From NCBI GenBank assembly GCA_030059675.1, contig JANVYQ010000013.1, forward strand, positions 219 to 24,218: a stretch of 24,000 bases of DNA, read 5' to 3'. A program made the position numbers and the translations under genes. The notes beneath the pieces are model-generated. The model was given only the letters and a program-made list of their open reading frames with translations. It had not been told where the DNA came from and ran no database searches. This document shows, piece by piece, positions 8,079-12,855 of the stretch (the first letter of the stretch is position 1; every line of letters starts with the position of its first letter). This stretch comes from Candidatus Pelearchaeum maunauluense. Lineage in GTDB: Archaea > Thermoproteota > Nitrososphaeria_A > Caldarchaeales > Caldarchaeaceae.

Positions 8079-9419
8079 CTATTTTTGTAGGAGCTGTTTT
8101 GGAAGCTTCCACTGCGCCCTCTTCAAGCTTTTCATCATCTTCTTTGACATCTGATAGTTCTTCAGCAATTCCTTAACATCGCGCTCAAGCGTCCCAGAGC
8201 CGCGGGCTATTCTACGCGCGCGAGAGTCGTCTATTATGCTTGGGTTAGTCTTCTCTTCCTGCGTCATGGATTGTAGTATTGCGGTCCATTTCTTGATACG
8301 CTCCTCCGCTTTCTCCAGCTCTGCTTCAGGCAGGTCGGCCATACCAGGTATGGGCAGCTTGGAGAGTATCTTCCTTAGAGGGCCTAGCTTACGCATGTCG
8401 CGGAGCTGGTTAACCATATCCTCCAGGGTGAACCGCCCGCTCATCAGCGCTTTGATTCTCTCCTCGCTTGTCTCCAGCTCGGCTAGTTTAACTCGCTCAA
8501 CCAGGCTCTCTATGTCTGGCATTCCGAGGAGTGAGGCTATGTAGCTTGATGGGCTGAAGGACTCAAAGTCCTCCACGCTCTCTCCTACGCCTATGAACTT
8601 TACCTTAGCGCCTGTGGCCGCTACCGCTGAGAGCGCCCCGCCGCCTTTTGCCGAGGTGTCCAGCTTGGTAACTATTATTGAGCCGAAGCGTGTTGCTTTG
8701 TGGAAAGCCTCGGCGTGGGCGCTGGCCTGCTGGCCTATCGTGCCGTCTATGACCAGCATGGCCTCGTCGGGCTTGATTGCATTCTCCATCTCGCGCATCT
8801 CCTGCATCAGAGACTCCTGCTCCTTATGCCGCCCCGCCGTGTCTATGATTATCACATCCAGGTTCTGTTTCTTAAGCTCCTCAACACCTCTGCGCGCTAT
8901 CCCCACAGCGTCGCCTGAGCCTGGCTCCCCGTATAGCGGTATCTGACGCGGCTCCAGGAGCTGTCTCAACTGCTCATAGGCGCCTGGCCTATAGGTGTCG
9001 GCGCATACAACCCCAACCTTATAGCCGCTCTTCTTCAGGTAGTTGGCAAGCTTGGCCGCTGTCGTGGTCTTCCCAGAGCCCTGAATGCCCAGAAGCATGA
9101 TAACATACGGATGCTTACCGCCTGTAGTGAATTTGGGCGGCCTCTCACCTAGGAGAGCGGTAAGCTCCTCATACACTATCTTGACAATCTGCTCCTTCCT
9201 GCTTATCCCCTGCGGTAGCTTCTCCTCCAGCGCGCGCCGCCTAATCCTGTCCGAGAGCTCCTGAACAAGCTCAACGCGAACATCCCCCATTATGAGGCCG
9301 CGTTGGATACCCCTAACAAGCTCCTCCACAGCCCTCTGGTCAGCCCCTGGGCCTGCGAGGAACTTGCTTATCGCGTCTTTAATCGCCTTGCCTATAGCCA
9401 TCTGAGGGCTCAATCCCAT
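8079..9419 (-). CDS. srp54: Signal recognition particle protein SRP54
   Basis: 446 aa. GTPase motifs GIQGSGKTTTAAKLA, DTAGR and TKLD, plus a methionine-rich C-terminal M domain (LMSGRFTLEDM, MRKLGPL). Confidence 0.95.
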   Translation of the reverse strand: MGLSPQMAIGKAIKDAISKFLAGPGADQRAVEELVRGIQRGLIMGDVRVELVQELSDRIRRRALEEKLPQGISRKEQIVKIVYEELTALLGERPPKFTTGGKHPYVIMLLGIQGSGKTTTAAKLANYLKKSGYKVGVVCADTYRPGAYEQLRQLLEPRQIPLYGEPGSGDAVGIARRGVEELKKQNLDVIIIDTAGRHKEQESLMQEMREMENAIKPDEAMLVIDGTIGQQASAHAEAFHKATRFGSIIVTKLDTSAKGGGALSAVAATGAKVKFIGVGESVEDFESFSPSSYIASLLGMPDIESLVERVKLAELETSEERIKALMSGRFTLEDMVNQLRDMRKLGPLRKILSKLPIPGMADLPEAELEKAEERIKKWTAILQSMTQEEKTNPSIIDDSRARRIARGSGTLERDVKELLKNYQMSKKMMKSLKRAQWKLPKQLLQK

Positions 9420-9440
9420 CTCCCCAACCTATGCTGGCAG

Positions 9441-9448
9441 TATTAAAG
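9441..9448 (-). promoter_or_regulatory. TATA box for srp54 (leaderless geometry)
   Basis: The minus strand reads CTTTAATA, centred about 26 nt upstream of the srp54 ATG at 9419. Confidence 0.45.
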
Positions 9449-9477
9449 TTAGGGCTCATAATCGCGCGGGTAAAACC

Positions 9478-9485
9478 TTATTTCA
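9478..9485 (+). promoter_or_regulatory. TATA box for the surface-protein gene
   Basis: TTATTTCA lies about 36 nt upstream of ATG 9518, which is itself preceded by GGGGAGG (9511-9517). Confidence 0.4.
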
Positions 9486-9517
9486 TACCCTACACGCTAA
9501 TAGCTCCAAGGGGGAGG

Positions 9518-10702
9518 ATGCCCACTCCGCTCACAGCACCGCTTCTTACGATGGCGCTTCTTCTACTGGCTTACCAAAGCCCATACACTATAAACACCCC
9601 CATAGACGATGGGGAGGTTGATGTCGTAATAGTAACGCCGTATGGTGTTGTGTTTAACCTAACAGCGATAGATGGCGTGTTTGAAATGAGCCGTCTCGTA
9701 AGGGGAGTATATAGCTTAACAGCCTACTGGATGGACATACCCATCGGGTTCTTCGCGGTAGAGCTACGCGATGGTAATAAAGCCGCTAACGTGAGGCTAG
9801 CCATTCTATCGCCCAGCATACAGCTCACCGACCTTAAGAACAGACCCTTAAACCAGGCCATAATACGCTATACAGGCCCAGCGGGCATAGCTGGCGAGAT
9901 AAGAACAACAGACGGAACAGCAGCACTGCCACCACTACCAGCAGCAGTCCAATACACGATACAAATCACCTGGAAATCACCAGCATACAAGACAGAGAGC
10001 AGCACAACCATAAGGACATCACTGGACGGCCTAGATAGGATGGGCAGAATCAAGCTCCCCGTGGGCGATGTGTTGTTGAAGGTTGTGGATACTATGGGAA
10101 GACCTATAGCTGGGGCCGCAGTATTCCTGAACGAGGCAAGAGCAAAAACAGACGCGGAAGGCAGGGCTTTATTCGCACAAGTCCCCCTAGAGAGCGATGG
10201 GAAGCCTATAGATTATAGGGTCGTCGTGAGAGACGGAGACGAGATACTGTTTGACGATTTTGTAAGACTCTCAACAACCACACCTGAGATAACAATCGTC
10301 GTAGGACTACGCGACCTCTCAATATTCGTCAGAGGCTCAGCCGGCCAGCCACTGGCTCATACAATCATCAAGCTATATAGAGAAGATAAGCTAGTAACGG
10401 TAAAAGCAACCGACAGGTCGGGCTTCGCCAAGCTGGAGCAACTAGTCCCAGCTGAATATAGTCTGGAAGTGGATTGGCGCGGCTATACTGCGCAGAGGAG
10501 CATATCACGGGAGGAGCTTATGGCTGGGCGGCCAATAATGATAACCCTACCACCCTACATAGAGATACTAGGAATCCCACTAACGTTTGGGACGTTCATA
10601 GCGTTCTTAGCTGGAATTATAGCATTGATAATACTCCTAGTCCTAGGAGTTATAGAGCTCCTTCTATGGCGCGGCAGGAGGCTGGGAATCTACCGCGCAT
10701 AA
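9518..10702 (+). CDS. Secreted, C-terminally membrane-anchored protein with repeated carboxypeptidase-regulatory-like beta-sandwich domains
   Basis: The ORF track starts at 9431. ATG 9518 gives a signal-peptide-like N-terminus (MPTPLTAPLLTMALLLLAYQ) and has a GGAGG upstream. There are at least three repeats of the pattern V.D..GRPI.GA.V ... TD..G.A....P...Y, e.g. VVDTMGRPIAGAAVFLNEARAKTDAEGRALFAQVPL. The C-terminus is a TM helix (FGTFIAFLAGIIALIILLVLGVIELLLW) followed by RGRRLG. Confidence 0.6.
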   Translation: MPTPLTAPLLTMALLLLAYQSPYTINTPIDDGEVDVVIVTPYGVVFNLTAIDGVFEMSRLVRGVYSLTAYWMDIPIGFFAVELRDGNKAANVRLAILSPSIQLTDLKNRPLNQAIIRYTGPAGIAGEIRTTDGTAALPPLPAAVQYTIQITWKSPAYKTESSTTIRTSLDGLDRMGRIKLPVGDVLLKVVDTMGRPIAGAAVFLNEARAKTDAEGRALFAQVPLESDGKPIDYRVVVRDGDEILFDDFVRLSTTTPEITIVVGLRDLSIFVRGSAGQPLAHTIIKLYREDKLVTVKATDRSGFAKLEQLVPAEYSLEVDWRGYTAQRSISREELMAGRPIMITLPPYIEILGIPLTFGTFIAFLAGIIALIILLVLGVIELLLWRGRRLGIYRA

Positions 10703-10744
10703 TTTAAAGCTCAGCCAACACCGCAAACAACCACCGAGCGGAAA

Positions 10745-11668
10745 ATGAAGATACTCATAACAGGCTCAGAGGGCTTCATAGGCAAGCACCTAACAGAATA
10801 CCTAAACTCAAGAGGCTACAGCGTCATACGCGTGGATAAAGCCCAGACGGCTGAGATAAGGATAGACCTAACCGAGCCTGAAGCGGTTTTTAATAGATTG
10901 GGAGAGTATTCTTTTGACGCGGTAGTGCACCTAGCTGCCATAGCTGACATACCAGCAACGCTCAAAGACCCCTACACATGCTACCGCGTCAATTGCTTCG
11001 GCACGCTCAACATGCTTGAGCTGGCTGCACGCAAGTCGGTGAGCCGCTTCATCTACCTATCCTCAGCCAACTACTATGGAGCGCCCGATAAAGTTCCCGT
11101 ATCTGAGGAAGACCCGCCAAACCCCAGAACACCATACGACTACTCCAAAGTCGTAGGCGAGAAGCTCGTGGATAGCTACCACAAGCATAAGGGACTGCCC
11201 ACAGCGATACTTAGGCCATGGAAGACCTTCGGCGAATACGAGCAGGAGAACAAGGTTGTTCCTCGCTTTATTAAAGCATGCCTAATGGGCGAGCCGATAC
11301 CGCTTTATAACGAGGGACGCGACGCGACAGACCCATACCACGTGGAGAACCTATGCTACGCAATAGAGCTATGCCTCACAAAAGAAGCGGCAATAGGCAA
11401 GGCGTATAACGTTGGAACAGGAAATAGGATAACGATACGCGAGCTGGCAGAAACAATAAAAAGACTAACAAACTCAACATCAACCCTCCAACCCCTCCCA
11501 CCAAGAACAAAAGAAGAAGAAAAACCCCAAGTAAGCATCCCCTCAATCCAAAAAATAACAAAAGAACTAAACTACCAGCCAAAACTAACCCTAGAACAAG
11601 GACTAAACAGAGTCATACAACACATCAAAACTAAAACCTTTAAGAAAAACCAGAACAAACAATTATAG
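10745..11668 (+). CDS. NAD-dependent epimerase/dehydratase (extended SDR, UDP-sugar 4-epimerase-like)
   Basis: 307 aa. MKILITGSEGFIGKHL Rossmann motif, the YDYSK catalytic Y-x3-K, and a C-terminal ELNYQPKLTLEQGL typical of the family. Confidence 0.85.
   Translation: MKILITGSEGFIGKHLTEYLNSRGYSVIRVDKAQTAEIRIDLTEPEAVFNRLGEYSFDAVVHLAAIADIPATLKDPYTCYRVNCFGTLNMLELAARKSVSRFIYLSSANYYGAPDKVPVSEEDPPNPRTPYDYSKVVGEKLVDSYHKHKGLPTAILRPWKTFGEYEQENKVVPRFIKACLMGEPIPLYNEGRDATDPYHVENLCYAIELCLTKEAAIGKAYNVGTGNRITIRELAETIKRLTNSTSTLQPLPPRTKEEEKPQVSIPSIQKITKELNYQPKLTLEQGLNRVIQHIKTKTFKKNQNKQL
11639..11646 (+). promoter_or_regulatory. Possible TATA element for tRNA-Ala, inside the 3' end of the epimerase CDS
   Basis: TTTAAGAA is centred about 35 nt upstream of the tRNA 5' end, slightly further than ideal. 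Confidence 0.3.
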
Positions 11669-11677
11669 AAGATCAAC

Positions 11678-11778
11678 GGGCCGGTAGATCAGCGGAAGAT
11701 CGCCCGCCTTGCACGCGGGAGGTCGCGAGTCAGTCCCTGATGGGGCTGGCCGATAAGGTTCAAATCCCGCCCGGTCCA
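11678..11778 (+). tRNA. tRNA-Ala(UGC) with a 29-nt non-canonical intron in the T-arm
   Basis: Hand fold: acceptor GGGCCGG/CCGGTCC with the G3:U70 Ala identity pair; D-arm GATC-AGCGGAA-GATC; anticodon arm CCCGC-CTTGCAC-GCGGG (anticodon TGC); variable loop AGGTC. The T-stem 5' strand GCG|GG is interrupted by AGTCAGTCCCTGATGGGGCTGGCCGATAA (11728-11756), followed by TTCAAAT-CCCGC and discriminator A. No encoded CCA. Confidence 0.85.
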
Positions 11779-11780
11779 TT

Positions 11781-11804
11781 GGGGTTTCAAAACCCCCCGG
11801 CCCA
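11781..11804 (+). repeat. Degenerate copy of a tRNA 3' half (T-arm-like hairpin plus acceptor 3' strand)
   Basis: GGGGTTTCAAAACCCCCCGGCCCA begins 2 nt after tRNA-Ala. It resembles the tRNA 3' end GGTTCAAATCCCGCCCGGTCCA (about 18 of 23 positions by eye, allowing one indel). It ends in CCGGCCC-A, the perfect complement of the tRNA 5' acceptor strand GGGCCGG. Confidence 0.45.
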
Positions 11805-12149
11805 CGTTTAAACAAGCAAGCGTAAAAGGGAAAAAATAGGGAGGAGGTGGCCAGGCATTATCTGACCACCTCAAGTATAGCCTGCTTCCTGCTAATAGCA
11901 AAGCCTACAAGATTTCTGAACCGCTTTATGCTAGCCCTTCTGTAGAATGTATAGTATTATGTTGATAGTCTTTCTACGCCGTAGTCAGCAGTTTCAAGAT
12001 AGATAGACTTCAGATGGAGGGGGTTTCCCCAGGCCTAAGGCTCTTCCAAGAGCTCATGGGGGCTTGGGAGGTTCACCCTGACAGGTGATGAGGCTGACGA
12101 GGGCTCCGATGAACCCATGAGGAGCCCCGAGGTTGATGAATCCCAAGAC

Positions 12150-12506
12150 CTACGTATGCCCATGAAAGACTACGCAGGTCAGAACCCTTTTGTAACATCT
12201 TCTATTGATGGTAAATCGTCGCTTCATTGTTCTTTTGTAAATCTTAGCTTCTATTTCGAGCTTCTTTAGTAACTCGGCTGTATATCTAATGATTCTGCAG
12301 TTAGCATTTAAAATTCGTATACGTCCAAGATTGGCTGCGTCTTTGGCAACGCTGCCTTCAGCATCTGCTAGTCCTCTTATGAACGCGGCCATGCATTCCT
12401 TGCAGTGCTCTACGTAAGGCTTAAGCCTCTCTATATCTACAGGCTTCCTCAGCAGCTCGTAAAATTCTCTGCTATATATCTTGACTATCCATCGCTGAAG
12501 ACTCAT
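12150..12506 (-). pseudogene. LAGLIDADG homing endonuclease remnant (C-terminal half of a two-motif, I-DmoI-like enzyme)
   Basis: 118 aa with a single LAGLIDADG motif (AAFIRGLADAEGSV). As I recall the I-DmoI sequence, the layout parallels its second half: KIYSREFYELL ... CMAAFIRGLADAEGS ... IRILNANCRIIRYTAELLKKLEI against RVSSKKLYYYF ... QIAFIKGLYVAEGD ... LRIWNKNKALLEIVSRWLNNLGV. No first-motif domain is readable upstream in any frame. The segment is visibly more AT-rich than its neighbours. Confidence 0.7.
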
Positions 12507-12648
12507 AAGGGGACAGTTGCAGGGCTACGACCAGCACATGAACCTAGTTCTAGAAGGCGCCGAAGAGCTTCTGGCATAATGGGCAATCAAATAAGCTAGG
12601 CATGATAGTCGTCCGCGGCGACAACATAGTTATGGTTTCTCCTTCTAC

Positions 12649-12656
12649 CATAAAGA
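12649..12656 (+). promoter_or_regulatory. TATA box for the L37e-like gene (leaderless geometry)
   Basis: CATAAAGA is centred about 28 nt upstream of ATG 12681. An in-frame TAA at 12651-12653 prevents any longer ORF. Confidence 0.45.
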
Positions 12657-12680
12657 AGGAAGAGTAGAGGGGATTATTGG

Positions 12681-12821
12681 ATGGTAAAAGGCACGCCCTC
12701 GATGGGTAAATTTCACACACCCACGCATGGACGATGCAGACGATGCGCTCATTGCGGCTTCGGCTCTACGAAGACCTGGCGTAAATATAGATGGCTCAAA
12801 AGCCTCAAAGAAAGAATGTAG
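12681..12821 (+). CDS. Ribosomal protein L37e-like small protein with shortened zinc-ribbon region
   Basis: Absent from the ORF track (46 aa, under 60). Translation: [46 protein letters not shown]. The N-terminal KGTPS.GK...T.TH.RCRRC and the later CGFG....RKY.W match the L37e consensus as I recall it (Sulfolobus and Haloarcula L37e). The roughly 12 residues between the two Cys pairs, including the third Cys, are missing. Confidence 0.7.
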   Translation: MVKGTPSMGKFHTPTHGRCRRCAHCGFGSTKTWRKYRWLKSLKERM

Positions 12822-12855
12822 CACCTAATTCTCGTAAGCAACACTTGCATCTGTC

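Noticed and set aside
11689-11901. 70-aa minus-strand ORF.
   Set aside because: It is antisense to tRNA-Ala and the hairpin after it, and the composition is Pro/Trp-rich and implausible.
11847-11945. 32-codon plus-strand ORF (GTG start, ARHYLTTSSIACFLLIAKPTRFLNRFMLALL) after a GGGAGGAG motif, possibly a small hydrophobic or toxin-like peptide.
   Set aside because: The GGAGG abuts the GTG with no spacer, nothing is recognisable in the peptide, and the start overlaps the 11844-11872 hairpin. Support is insufficient.
12077-12140. Possible C/D-box sRNA: CTGA-cag-GTGATGA at 12077-12091 looks like a D'/C' pair, and TTGATGA lies at about 12134.
   Set aside because: No C box (RUGAUGA) lies 12 nt upstream of the CTGA. 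No D box (CTGA) lies about 12 nt after either UGAUGA; the only CTGA follows after 2 nt. The canonical C-guide-D'-C'-guide-D layout cannot be built.
11840-12150. RNase P RNA or SRP RNA, suggested by GGGAGGAGGTGGCCAGGC (CR-I-like), CAGGGTGAAC on the minus strand and AGCAGGAAGCAGGC on the minus strand (SRP helix 8-like GGAAGCAG).
   Set aside because: Each resemblance is only a 6-8-mer. The defining strings (GAGGAAAGUCC for RNase P; the GGAA tetraloop closed by complementary arms for SRP helix 8) are absent, and the flanking helices do not form.
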